A stretch of DNA of 56,925 bases, filler included, from Squatina squatina (lineage: Eukaryota), in NCBI GenBank assembly GCA_031763465.1. It is 3 parts of 3 records of this genome, joined end to end, with 100 filler letters (N's around TTAATTAATTAA, not from the genome) between each part and the next. Parts side by side here need not be neighbours in the genome. Positions count along the whole stretch, not along the records: positions 1 to 17,778 come from JARFOE010000115.1; 2 more parts are not named here. One strand, 5' to 3'. The notes beneath the pieces were generated by a model. It worked only from the letters and a program-made list of their open reading frames with translations, was not told the DNA's origin and ran no database searches. Below, piece after piece: positions 1 through 13,079 of the stretch (position 1 is the stretch's first letter; every line of letters starts with the position of its first letter). The position numbers were made by a program, and so were the translations under genes.

Positions 1-3000
1 TGTGCCATAGTGTAAAATGGGTGACAACGAATCGACAGCCTGTTCTACATCTCTCCTGATATTTATTTCCATCAAAGTCAAGATTACCCTCCCTCTCTTG
101 CTGTATTTGTGGTCCCTCTGTCTCGCTTTGCCTTGCTTTCTCTGATCCTTATTTGGGCTAATAGTGATCCAAGTCTCTGATCACTACACAACTTGGGTCT
201 TTAAGCAGTCTTTTTTTTTAATCAGCAGAGTACTGGTTGCCTGGCGCAGCTGCAGTTACCATGGGGATGGACTCATGCGCTTATCCCATCTGTCAAAGAG
301 AGGCAGCTTCGGAAGCTGTACTGCAGCTTGGAAATCAAATGAAATAAACAAGGTGTCAGCTGCTTACAGATTCGCGACTCAAGAGTTCCTGTTCTTGCTG
401 AGTGCTGGTAAAATGGTAGTGGGGAATGTGACACTGGCAAAGCAACACAAAGGTATCTTTATGTTAGAGGAACATGTTACCTTTCTGCGACAAAAACGGT
501 GCTCACTTATCATGGAGAGAGTAGCAGCATCAGTAAACACAAATCTAAATTAACATACTTGTCTTTTCTCTCTGTCTCTCTTTCTCTCTATCTCTCGCTT
601 CCTCCCTCAGATGAAAAGCTGTACAAAATAAAAGCTGTTGCTTCTACAGCAGAGCTTTCCGAAGCATGGTATTTGCTGGTAAAGTGCTTATGAAGATGTA
701 ATTGGTGATGCGGCAATGTCATTACACCAGCATTTCTGCCATTGCAAATTCTTTAAACTTACAGATATTCCGCTGTGCCCCGTTTGGGGCGATAACTTTT
801 GAAATCTCCGAACAGTATCGCAGGATGATAAACATTTTTTGCTCCTAGGAAATTCAGCTTTAGCGCTCCAAGAGGCAAATGGAGNNNNNNNNNNNNNNNN
901 NNNNNNNNNNNNNNNNNNNNNNNNNNNNNNNNNNNNNNNNNNNNNNNNNNNNNNNNNNNNNNNNNNNNNNNNNNNNNNNNNNNNACCTCACATTGCCTCT
1001 CCGCCATTGCAGCTGCCCATGGCTGGCACCCAGGCAGCCCAAATAATCTGGAATTAAAAAAGCTAGCATCAGTAATGGTGACCATGAAACCATTGATAGT
1101 TATAGGCATGTACTGAAATTATTTACCATGGTGTTTGCTTCTCTCGAGTGATTTGTTGGCCCGTGTAAAGCAGTTATTTACTGAGATGTAGTAAATTAGC
1201 TGATAGGTTTGGTATCTCCAAGATGTTTGTTTTTTGCAAAGTGATACCAGCCATCTAGAACACAAGTGGAACACGCTCTTTGCTAACAGAATAGCTTCAT
1301 CAGTCACACACGAACTGCTTAAAACATGAAAGACGAAACTAATCCTGACTCCGTCATAGGCACTCAAATCACTTTTAATTCCCTTTTAATATGGCAGTGA
1401 CACTTCAAATCCAAAGTCTTTGTATAATGACAGTATTGTGCTGTTTCAGATCAACTGCTTTTGATGTTTTTGTTGTCACTGGTGTCCATGGAGATGGAAG
1501 ATTTATTTTCATCTACTTAATAACCATTTAATTTCCTACATTTTCTCTTTCGCAGCTGCCTATCCTGTATCTCAAGCAGAGGTCTAACATGCTCCCTGGT
1601 CCTCGCATTGTCTGGGTAAAGTGTCTCTGTAGCAAACCCATATATCTGGTCGCACAATCTGTTACTGTGGCAACAGTCAATACTTATCTTATCAGTGCTA
1701 AACAGACATGATGAACTACCTAATATTTCCTCAACCTAAAAATCCTGATGTGTATTTGTGTCTACACTGTCACTGGTAACATGCAGGNNNNNNNNNNNNN
1801 NNNNNNNNNNNNNNNNNNNNNNNNNNNNNNNNNNNNNNNNNNNNNNNNNNNNNNNNNNNNNNNNNNNNNNNNNNNNNNNNNNNNNNNGGGTGGGGATTTC
1901 CACGGGGATCTACCGATCATCTGGCAAAATTTGAATGGGAGAACCGCAGAAACCCCTGCAAAACAGTGTGAATTAAAGAGTTAATGACATTTTTATTGGC
2001 CTTAATTACCCTGGTGTAATATCTACTTAGGTCAAGTTCATATGTGGCGGATGCTACTTGCAACTTCTGCAGGGGTGTAAAATGGCATTGACTTCACCAG
2101 AAAGGGCAATCGGGTGGGGTATAAATGGCAGCTGATCCGATGCCACCCATTTTACACCCCCGCTGTAATTGAAAGTCTGGCGTCCCGCTCTGCTCCTCTC
2201 TGCTCGGGGCCACTTATATTCCAGTATGTTGTGCGTCAACTTGTAGATCTTCTTATAATGGGATCAAGTTTGGTCTAAATTTTTAGGTTTGCTGAAACCG
2301 TTAATTCTCTTTCAAAGCACTAGTTTCCTTCTGTATATATTATTGCATGCCTGTGGCTCTCAAAGCAGGTCAATAAAGCACTCAATCCAAGTCATTGCAT
2401 TTTCTTCCAGACATGTTTATGAATACAAGGCATCAGTAGTCTATGTCCTAGACAAGNNNNNNNNNNNNNNNNNNNNNNNNNNNNNNNNNNNNNNNNNNNN
2501 NNNNNNNNNNNNNNNNNNNNNNNNNNNNNNNNNNNNNNNNNNNNNNNNNNNNNNNNGGACAAGATGGAGGTGTCCTGCGCTGAAAAAAATGGACGAAGCT
2601 GGCGCAATTGAATGCAGGAAATTAGGTGTAGAATCGGTGGCGCGCAGGCTGATGATGTCATCGAGGCCTGCTGCCGCCACAATCCCTGCCACTGGCGCCC
2701 GGCCTCCAACATCGCTTTGACACCTCTGCCGAAATCTGCACTTTTTGCTGCAGACTCCACCAGTGGGTGCTAGGGCTCTAACACCCATTTGGCACCCGAT
2801 TCGCGCCTTTCTAGAACCTCCAATTGAGCCCCCTTTATCTAACCCCAAAAGTGACCAGATCATAAATGAGTTCTGAAAGATTCCACCAGAGATAGCAACC
2901 AGATGAACCTTTCCTCTAATATTTGTCATTCAGGATAAACAACACATCTAAATGAAATAAAGTTTTGTCAGGACGGCTGGAAATGAGGTTGGAAAAGGTT

Positions 3001-5144
3001 ATGCCAGGTCTCAGCCTGTTGGGGTGGAGATTCTGCTTGTCCCAAACATGGCCATCACCACAAGAGGAAGGCCCAAGGATGGAAGCTCTGCACTCTGGAG
3101 TCATCATGGCCCGGGTCTTGAGTACGACTCAGTGTATGGTCAGCTGATGTGCGTGGAAGTGAGGCTTGCCTAGGGGTTCAGGTTGGGATTGAGTCCTTGG
3201 ACCACCAAAGAGAAGCTGATTTTTTTTTTCTTATTAGTTTTCAATGCAACTCTGTTGCCAAGGGGATTACCCAGCCTTCCTAATATGGCAGGCACCCAGG
3301 TAAATTAGGGAACCTCAGGTTTCCTGTGGGACTGTGGGATGCTATTACATTACCACAGCATGAAAGCATTCTTTCAAATCCCTGAAGAACAGCGTTAAAC
3401 ATTTACAAGTATTCTTCGTGCTCCAGCAATGTCTGGTAATAAGAACATTTCTCAGACAGTTACTGTCTGAATCTTGCTTCTATGAGCAGTGACCTCAATA
3501 TTGGCCACTTCACCTTTGATAAATATTTTTATTCCTAGACCTGATGTGACCCAACTTCTTTCTCCCCTCCTCTCCATATTTATTGTACAACCTCTCCACA
3601 TCAATCTAGCAATTAATGCATAATAATATGGAGGGGAAATTAATGGGAATAAATTCTTGTTCACTCTTTTCCTACCTGAGGTTGGAATTTTGATTCCCCC
3701 CTCCCCTGATGTTAGTGAGATGATGCCATAACACANNNNNNNNNNNNNNNNNNNNNNNNNNNNNNNNNNNNNNNNNNNNNNNNNNNNNNNNNNNNNNNNN
3801 NNNNNNNNNNNNNNNNNNNNNNNNNNNNNNNNNNNCTGAACCCAGCCAGAACCAGTACCTCACTGGCAGGTGGAAACAGGAATTCGGACAGCAGGAGGTT
3901 GCAGCCAAGGATCTGTGGGATCGATCCCTGGCTGTCAGGTCATTGGTTGGATGCGATTGGGGAGATGGGGTGGAGCCAGGGGCAAGGGATGCCCAAAGGC
4001 TACCTTGTGGGGCCCAGGGGAGCCTGGGCCACAAGGGCACCTGAAATAAAATGTAAAAACTTACTTGTCTGGGCCTCTCCTGGCCCACGATCCAGCTCCC
4101 GACAGGTTTGGCCGGACGGGGAAGCAGTCGCTGCTCACCCTGCCCGCCGCTCTCAGGCCTCCAAATGAAATACAAGATCGAGACCCGATCTGCATATTAC
4201 TCGGTTCAAAAGAGCATGTTAACATCAGGACTCGGCGGGAAAGCAGCGGGGTCGGAGGCGGTTACGTGGCTGCCTTCATTTTAACCGCCCTCCCTCCACC
4301 CCGCTCAGTTTCTGCCAGGCGGGGTTCGGTGGGGGCTTAAAATCTGGGCCACGACGTCAACACAAACCAAATGTGTAACTGATGCAGAAGATAAATAGCG
4401 GCACACCGTACAAATTTACAACTGCAATAATTGAGTTAAAAAGGAATTTGTAGCATTGCAAATATGAAGTGACTGCTTTTTCAAATGCTATTTGTCAGGC
4501 GCCTTGTTACCAGTGACAAAGTGCAGCTCGTTTGACAGTTGACGCAGAGGTTGTGATATATATTTATGAGCGACCTAGCTTTATAAGCCTCCATCGACTG
4601 CTGGACTGTGAATACAGAAATATTTGCAACGGCTGCCATCTAATAAAAGTGTGTAAACGGGTAACAGCACCACTAGAAAGCAGCTGGTCAGAGTTGAGTA
4701 AGCTTTGCAAACTAATTACATTAATTCTGTCTGACAGATTCAGTCCATGCATTAGATATCAGCATGGCAGCTGTGACCGGACTGTTAGCTATCGCTGCAA
4801 TACCACTTCATTCTGCATGTAATAACTATCCATCATCTGTCATGCAACATGTAAATAAACAGCTTTGTATATTACTTAGGTCTCTTCACTGACCTAATTT
4901 CTTCATTTAAACAAGAAAAAAAATATATTTTCCCCCCAAATCGCCTTGTTTCTAAACAGAATCAGCCCCAGCTCCAGGCAAGATTGGAAGAAAATAATCA
5001 ATCTCACAACAGCGACTAGTGCAGAAAGTTTCCTCGAGGCTTTTCCGGTTTGTATATCACTGAAAAACGCTCCAACACCTGGTTTTCCCCGTGCTCAAAA
5101 GATGGGGGCCTCTCGTCACAGATCACTAGTTGGGCCTCAATTAT

Positions 5145-5333
5145 TGTGTCGAATTCTGGGCACCGCACTTTAGGAAGGCCTTGGAGAGAGTGCAGAGGAG
5201 ATTAACCAGAATAGTACCAGGATGAGGGACTTCAGTTATGTGGAGAGACTGGAGAAGCTGGGATTGTTCTGCTTAGAGCAGAGAAAAGATTAAGGAGAGA
5301 TTTCATAGAGGCGTTCAAAATTAGGAAAGGTTT
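5145..5333 (+). mobile_element. CR1 LINE fragment (ORF2 C-terminal region)
   Basis: Encodes FWAPHFRK...ALERVQRR..RIVPG..FSYVERLEKLGLF, typical of CR1 ORF2; similar copies at 18760 and 26165. Confidence 0.85.
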
Positions 5334-5546
5334 NNNNNNNNNNNNNNNNNNNNNNNNNNNNNNNNNNNNNNNNNNNNNNNNNNNNNNNNNNNNNNNNNNN
5401 NNNNNNNNNNNNNNNNNNNNNNNNNNNNNNNNNCTGCAACTATGAAAAGTTCATTGCCGTTTCAGCAGCGCTGCTAAGCACACCGTGAGTCTAGTTTGTT
5501 TGTGTGTGTTAGGGGTTCGCTAGCTACTTCCTGGGACCTCGCAAGA

Positions 5547-6181
5547 ATGGTGGATCTCCAGTCCGCCATCGTTATCGACAATGGGTCAGGTCTGGTCAAA
5601 GCTGGCATCTCCGGAGACAAGGAACCGCGCTGCATCTTCACCAACGTGATCGGCAAACCTCGGCAGAAAGCCCTCATCATTGGGGCTGGCCAGAAAGATT
5701 TCTACATTGGCGAGGAGGCCCAGGCTAAACGCGGTGTGCTCTCCATCAAATACCCGGTGGAGCACGGGATTGTCACGTCGTGGGATGACATGGATAAGAT
5801 CTGGAGGTACGTGTACGATCATGATTTGAAAATCAAGTCGAACGAGAGGCCGGTTTTGCTGACCGAGGCTCCCCTGAACCCTCTGGCCAACAGGGAGAAG
5901 ATGTGCCAGATCCTCTTCGAGGGCTTCGAGGTGCCGGCCATGTACGTGGCGATCCAAGCGGTGCTGGCCCTCTACGCCTCTGGGAGGACCAACGGCTGCG
6001 TGATGGACGGCGGGGACGGGGTGACTCACACCGTGCCCATCTACGAGGGCTACTGCCTGCCCCACGCCGTGCTGAGGCTGGAGCTGGGCGGCAGGGACCT
6101 CACCGAGTACCTGGTGAGGATCCTGTCCGAGAGCGGGGTGTCCTTCGTCAGCACGGCGGAGAAGGAGATCGTGAGGGACAT
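5547..6181 (+). CDS. ACTRT3: Actin-related protein T3 (ARPM1)-like, N-terminal ~211 codons, no intron in the visible part, cut by an assembly gap
   Basis: ATG at 5547 ([20 protein letters not shown]...). Actin-fold motifs plus residues shared with ACTRT3 rather than conventional actin: [21 protein letters not shown]. Same strand as and upstream of MECOM, as in human 3q26. Confidence 0.8.
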
Positions 6182-6281
6182 NNNNNNNNNNNNNNNNNNN
6201 NNNNNNNNNNNNNNNNNNNNNNNNNNNNNNNNNNNNNNNNNNNNNNNNNNNNNNNNNNNNNNNNNNNNNNNNNNNNNNNNN

Positions 6282-6493
<212 letters not shown>

Positions 6494-6606
6494 CTGAACG
6501 TGAGATTGTCCGTGACATCAAGGAGAAACTTTGCTACGTGGCTCTGGACTTTGAGAATGAGATGGCCACTGCAGCGTCCTCCTCGTCTCTGGAGAAAAGC
6601 TATGAA
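6494..6606 (+). CDS. Muscle-type alpha-actin exon fragment ([38 protein letters not shown])
   Basis: [19 protein letters not shown] is muscle-actin specific. More T-ending codons than the flanking ACTRT3-like sequence. Confidence 0.85.
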
Positions 6607-6972
6607 CTCCCCGACGGCCAGGTCATCAAGATCCAGAACCAGAGATTCCGCTGCCCGGAGACCCTCTTCAACCCGGCCAACATTGGCATCGAGGCACCCG
6701 GCATCGACAAGCTCTGCTTCAATACCATCATGAAATGCGACATCGACCTGAGGAGGGACCTCTACGCCAACGTGATCCTGTCGGGCGGCTCCAGTTTGTT
6801 CCCGGGCATGGACGAGCGGTTGCTCAAGGAGATGACTAGGATGGTCCCCACCGGCACTCCGGTCAAGGTCTGCGCTCCTCCCGAGAGGAAGTACTCTGTG
6901 TGGATGGGAGGTTCGATCCTCTCCTCCCTTTCTGCTTTCCAGCAAATGTGGGTCTTGGCCTGCGAGTATAAA
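6607..6972 (+). CDS. ACTRT3: ACTRT3-like C-terminal portion ([14 protein letters not shown]...[26 protein letters not shown]); stop codon lost in the gap
   Basis: [10 protein letters not shown] and [16 protein letters not shown] match ACTRT3. No introns at the muscle-actin positions near codons 267 and 328. GC3-rich like 5547-6181. Confidence 0.8.
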
Positions 6973-7239
6973 NNNNNNNNNNNNNNNNNNNNNNNNNNNN
7001 NNNNNNNNNNNNNNNNNNNNNNNNNNNNNNNNNNNNNNNNNNNNNNNNNNNNNNNNNNNNNNNNNNNNNNNNATTGACCATTGGTGAGCAGGTTATTGAT
7101 GAATAAGTGTATTTTTGTAGTTATCTATATCTGTTGAAAGCTCAAAGACTAAATTATACACCAGACAAACAATTCCACCTGATTTTTCAGCTGATAAGTA
7201 CACCACCTAAGTTGAATTGAAACTGACAGACCAGCAAGA

Positions 7240-7560
7240 TTCCAGGTTGTATCTGTAGTCTATGTTGTGTTAGTTAATCTCAGTCAGGGCAATAATTAGA
7301 CTGTAACAGTGAGCTTCAGTGCTCCTGGAAGAAAAATTAAAATCAGAAAGTATTCCCAATGCCAATCTCTATCGAGTGCCTTGTGCTAGTAAATCTGATG
7401 TGGAAAAAGGGCATTAGATGAGGGCAGTACTGAGTTTGGTTAATGGGCAAATAGCCTGCTGACTCTCACAGCCTTGTCTCACACATGGGGCCTTGGGTGA
7501 GGTACCAGAGGGCTACAGTTAACTATGAACTGTAGTCTGGTGCCATCAGGAGGGGGAAAA
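7240..7560 (+). mobile_element. Decayed SINE-like repeat
   Basis: GTGTTAGTTAATCTCAGTC is similar to the reverse complement of GACTGAGATCAGCTAACTCAGC at ~33340. Family not assigned. Confidence 0.45.
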
Positions 7561-7704
7561 AGTTCAAATTCCAAACAAAAAAACAGCAAATAAAAGAGAA
7601 ATCAAAGGACTATTTCTTCAAACTGACCTTTTAAGCAGATAATGATGGAAAATCATCCTCAGGAGTCCCAAGAGTTGCATTATGTGAGAAATAGACTTTT
7701 CTCT

Positions 7705-8117
7705 CTATTTTACCAGCTGATCCCCAGAACTTGCACTTTTTTTGGTCACTTTATACACGTTGATATCATTCTCTTCATTTCTGTTAACCAGTTGGCAATT
7801 AAAATGCTTTGGTAGAATGTCCTCGTAAAAATGGTTAATAGGAAAGTTCTGCCACATTTTGGAAGAGAGGTAAATGATAGTTCTTTCACTGCTGAGATGT
7901 TGCAGAGTCTTTAATAGTAAGGGATAGGTCTTTGAAAAATAGACAATTTCTCCACCCAGGATAAAGTCATAGTCGCTAGGAAACTGAGCATGATCAAGAC
8001 CCCAGGAGAGGGCACGGATATTTACGTGATTTCTACAGGATGTGGGAATGCTGGCAGTAACGTTATGTTCTATTTGCTTTAAAACATTTGGTTGGTCTGT
8101 AATTGTTACATCTCCTC
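7705..8117 (-). CDS. EEF1AKMT3: EEF1A lysine methyltransferase 3 (METTL21B)-like, terminal exon
   Basis: Acceptor TTTTTTTCAG ending at 8118 on the minus strand, then GGDVTITDQP...RALSWGLDH..FPSDYDFILGGEIVY...YPLLLKTLQHL...IYLSSKM, open to TAG. Collinear with the METTL21B last exon. May be a paralog rather than the ortholog. Confidence 0.8.
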
Positions 8118-8929
8118 CTGAAAAAAAATAATAAAAATTAATGTTGCATCCCCATTTAGGGTTTGTTCCACACAATAATCCAATCCTGAATCATGGTCAC
8201 AGAAAGCAAAACAAAGCAATCATTTAAAGGAAATATTGAATGTATGGGTGAATACCATCTCAGGTATATGCGGACCGATGCAGCTCGCAACCAGAACACT
8301 GTGCTTGTTGTAGCTAGTTATTGACCCACAGATCTTGTCACAGCCAGGTACTGACCTACAGATTCTGTTACTGGCTGACATCCACCCACAACGCCCTTCA
8401 CAGATTCATTGAAGGAGAATGCCGTGACANNNNNNNNNNNNNNNNNNNNNNNNNNNNNNNNNNNNNNNNNNNNNNNNNNNNNNNNNNNNNNNNNNNNNNN
8501 NNNNNNNNNNNNNNNNNNNNNNNNNNNNNTTTTTAGGTACGCCTGCTGCTGCTCCTGGCATGTCACCATTATTCATTGTCAGCCGACTCACGTCGGCCCA
8601 CTTACCAACTGGGCCACCATCCACATGCTGACTAGTGTGTCAGGCAGGTGGCCCAGTCGGTGGGGTCCAAATGGCCCAGTGGTCGGCTGTGGTTCGGATG
8701 GCTAGCGCCTCCTCTTTAAGGGAGGGAACGCGCTGCGACGCAGACGCGGCGCTCAGACGTCGCTGGAGCGGCGCTGACGTAGTCAGTGCCACAGTGGTGA
8801 CGTCAAGGGCTAGACACCCTAATACTGCCCCAGGAGCGAGGCGGACATTGGGGAATACTGCGGCCGGGATGAGAGATCTAGAGGCAACGGTAAGAGACCT
8901 GGCGATGGAGCCCTACCGCCCGGTAAGGA

Positions 8930-9145
8930 ATTTCACCTCCAAAGGGTGGTAGAAGTTTGGAAGTGCCTTCCGCAAACGGCAGTTGATGCTAAGACTATTG
9001 TTAATTTTAAGTCTGAGATTGATAGATTTCTGATAACCAAAGGTATTAAGGCAGGTGTATGGAGTTACGTTATAGATTGACCCTGATCTCATTGAATGGT
9101 GGAACAGGCTAAAGGGGTTCAATGCCTTCCTCTGTTGTATTCCTG
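8930..9145 (+). mobile_element. CR1 LINE 3' end
   Basis: GAGATTGATAGATTTCTG...GATCTCATTGAATGGTGGAACAGGCT-AAAGGGG 3' UTR motif shared with other CR1 ends in the window. Confidence 0.75.
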
Positions 9146-9199
9146 GAAAAGTCTTTACATACATCCTACTTGCTCAGCCACTTTTAACGAAACGCCATC

Positions 9200-12100
9200 A
9201 CCCTGAGAAATTGGGATAACTCGATGGGCGATCTACAATGAACACTGAGACATGGCAGGCAAGCAAAGGCCAGCTCAAGGAACAAGGCGGCGGATACATC
9301 TTCTTCTGGAAAGGTAAACCATGCTGTCTCCAAGGGGTTGGCTTCGCCATAAAAAACAAACTAGCCGAGAGTCTTAGCAAGTCCCCTTGTGGGATAAACG
9401 AATGTCTCACGACCCTTTGGATCACTCTAACCCAGGACCAGTACCTCACGATTGTCAGTGCGTATGCCCAACCCGAGAAGCAACAGACGGGGCCAAAGAG
9501 CAATTCTACTCCAGCTTTGAGCAATCCCTTTCCCGTGTCCCAAAGGGGGACTCTCCTTGGCGATTTCAATAGAGTCAGGAAGGACGCAAACCTCTGGAAA
9601 GGTGTGATTGGCAGGGAAGGAGTAGGGAAAGCAAACTCCAATGGAGTCCGCCTCCTGATGAAGTGCTTAGAACATGATCTTGTCATAACCAACACTCTAT
9701 TTCATCAGAGAGACAGGTACAAGACCTCATGGCAACACCCTCGCTCGAGGCATTGGCACCTACTAGACTGCTCGTTCGAGCGAGGAACTGCAAAGATGTG
9801 CGCATCACCTATGCCATGACAGAAGTTGACGACTGCTGGACCGACCACTGCCTAATCTGCTCTATCATTTCCATCAACCTGGCCCAAAAACGGCAACGGC
9901 AACAGCAACAGAAATGCTGCCGCAGGAAAATCAATGTCAAAGGACTCAAAGATCCCGCGAAGAAAGCCCTACTTAGCCAACGCCTCACAACCAACCATGA
10001 CCATCTTTGGCGATGCTCAACAAATCGGAGCCACAGAGTGTCCACAGTGCCTGGTCTGCCCTTAAAGCTACCATAATCAGCACCTGCGAGGAGACTCTTG
10101 GATTCTCTACCAAGAAACATCAAGACTGGTTTGACGAGAACGACCAGGAGATCTAGGAGCTATTAAACCGCAAACGGAAAGCATTCTTGAATTGGAAGCA
10201 CCACCAAAACTCATGGGAAATAATTTGGGCTAAAGGGAAATGAAGGTTGAGGTCCAACAAAAAACCCGTGATCTAAAGAATAGATTGTGGGTGGAAAGAG
10301 CGCAGGAGATCCAGCAACTTGCCGATGTACGTGGATTCTTCAGATCAGTCAAGACTTTCTACGGCCCAAGCACCCAAGGACCTACCCTGTTGAGAGCTAA
10401 GAACGGAGAAGTGCTCATCAAGGACAGAGAGGCTGCNNNNNNNNNNNNNNNNNNNNNNNNNNNNNNNNNNNNNNNNNNNNNNNNNNNNNNNNNNNNNNNN
10501 NNNNNNNNNNNNNNNNNNNNNNNNNNNNNNNNNNNNCCATAATCAGCACCTGCGGGGAGACTCTTGGTTTCTCTACCAGGAGACATCAAGACCAGTTTGA
10601 CGACAATGACCAGGAGCTATTAAACCGTAAACACAAGGCGTTCTTGAATTGGAAGCACCACCAAAACTCAAGGGAAAGAAAACAGATTTACAGACAACTG
10701 AAGGCCGAGGTCCAACAAAAAACCCGTGACCTAAAGAATAGATGGTGGGTGGAAAGAGCCCAGCAACTTGTCGACAACCATGACGTGCGTCGATTCTTCA
10801 GCCCAAGCACCCACCCCACTGAGAGCTAAAAACGGAGGGGTGCTCATCAAGGACAGAGAGGCAATCAGTGCCTGCTGGAAGGAACAATTCAAGGATCTCC
10901 TCAACCAAGACTCTGCCTTCGACACGAGTGTCCTTGATTCCATCCCATGACATGCCACCCGCCACTATCTTGGCACAACCCCTGCTCGACAGGAGGTTGA
11001 AAAGACCATCCGACAGCAGAGAAACAACAAGGCCTCCGGTGCAGACGAAATACTAAAGCACGACGGAGAAGTACTCTTGGCACGAATCCATGACCTCATC
11101 TCCCTTATCTGGAAGGAACGGAGCATGCTAGGGGATCTCAGACGCTGTAATCACGACCATCTTCAAGAGAGGAGACAAGTCCGACTGCAGAAACTGCAGA
11201 GGAGTCTCCCTGCTGTCTGCTACAGGGAAGATCATCGCAAGAATCCTCCTCAACCATCTCCTCCCAGAGTCACATTGCGGACACCGCCCATCAAAAGGCA
11301 CAATGGATATGATTTTCAGCGCGCGGCAAGTCCAAGATAAATGCAGAAAGCAACATCAACCTCTGTACATGGCCTTCGACTCGGTCAACCAGGAGGGATT
11401 ATGGAGGGTCCTTCTCAAATTTGGCTGCCCGCAAAAATTCATCCCCATCCTCCACCTGCTCCACGGTGCCATGCAAGCCATGATTCTCACCAGTGGACCT
11501 ACCACAGCCCCAATACAAGTGCAAACTAGAGGCAAACGAGGCTGCGTCATCACACTGACATTCTTCTCCATCTTCCTCGCCGCAACACTCCACCCCATTT
11601 CTATGAAGTTCCCAGCTGGAGTGAAGCTAATCTACAGGATAAGTGGGAAACTGTTCAACCTCTGTTGCCACCAGTCCAGAACCAAGATCACCCCAACTTC
11701 TGTTATCGAGCTGCAGTACGCAGATGATGCTTGTGTGTGTGCACACTCGGAGGCCGAGCGCCAAACCATCGTCAACTCATTCACTGAGGTGTACGAGAGA
11801 ATGGGCCTTACGCTAAACATCCAAAAGAGAAAGGTCCTACATCAGCCTACTCCCGCTGCACAACACTGCCCCCCGACTATCAAGATCCACGGCGAGACCT
11901 TGGACAACGTGGACAACTTTCCTTACCTTGGGAGCCTCCTCTCAGCGAGGGCAGCCATCGACAATGAAACATAACAGTGCCTCAAGTGTGCCAGTACAGC
12001 CTTCAGCCATCTGAGAAAAAGAGTGTTTGAAGATCAAGACCTTAAACTCGGCACCAAGCTCATGATCTACAGGGCACCAGTGATACCCGCCCTCCTGTAT

Positions 12101-12600
12101 CCGTTGGAGACATGGACAATGTACAGTGGACACCTCAAAACACTGGAGAAGTATCACCAACGTTGCCTCCGCAAAATCCTGCAAATCCACTGGCAGGATA
12201 GGCCTACCAATGTCAGTGTCCTCTCTCAGGCCAACATCCCCAGCATCAAGGCACTGGTCACGCTCAATCAGCTGCGTTGGGTGGGCCACATCGTCCGCAT
12301 GGCTGATACAAGACTCCCGAAACAAACACTTTATTTCGAGCTTCGTCACGGCAAGTGATTACCAGGAGGGCAGAGGAGGTGCTTCGAGGATGCCCTCAAA
12401 GCCNNNNNNNNNNNNNNNNNNNNNNNNNNNNNNNNNNNNNNNNNNNNNNNNNNNNNNNNNNNNNNNNNNNNNNNNNNNNNNNNNNNNNNNNNNNNNNNNN
12501 NNNTGGATCCCGGATAGGACTGTTCAGTCATCTCAGAACCCACAACTCCGGAGTGGAAGCAAGTCATCCTCGACCTCGAGCGACTGCCCAAGAAGACGAC
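9200..12600 (+). mobile_element. Decayed RTE-clade (BovB-like) LINE with APE endonuclease and RT, frameshifted, stitched across gaps
   Basis: GYIFFWKG, GVGFAIK, LLGDFN, LVITNTLF, SWQHPRSRHWHLLD (endonuclease); MDMIFSARQVQ, LQYADD, FPYLGS (RT); QLRWVGHIVRM. 3' UTR GGAAGCAAGTCATCCTCG and AAG-like tail at ~12555-12600. Confidence 0.92.
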
Positions 12601-13079
12601 TTGTTTCAGTGTGTAGCATAGACTAGATAAATCTAAAGCTCCCTCTACATTTCTATTCTACACCAACGCATCTTAACCAAAACCTCAGAGTTTACCGCCT
12701 GTTACAGCAGTGACAGTGACATTTCCATTTCCTCCAATAGCAGCTCATCATCTGAGTGACAATGTCCATTCAGTGCCAATTTGTGTCGCATTGTAGATTG
12801 GTTTGTTCAATGGGCCCATACCAACTATCAAGTGGGTGGCACTTACCTCAACTGTTTGGATATAGAATATTTAATAGTGGGCTGGATATAAACCATTTTC
12901 AATGAAATGAAAGGATAGTATGCTTATCTCCTGACACCGCCCAGCACTCCCATCTTCCGCCCAGTCTATTTGCCTCCCTCTTGTCTTTCCTCTTTCTGTC
13001 TGTCTGTCTTTTTCTTCTCTCATTTATTCTCTTTATTTTCTCATGTTCTTCCTCTTTCTTTCCTTTCTCTCACTCTCTT

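Noticed and set aside
164-693. 129-aa and 64-aa ORFs at the window start
   Set aside because: No recognisable domain, splice signals or coding bias.
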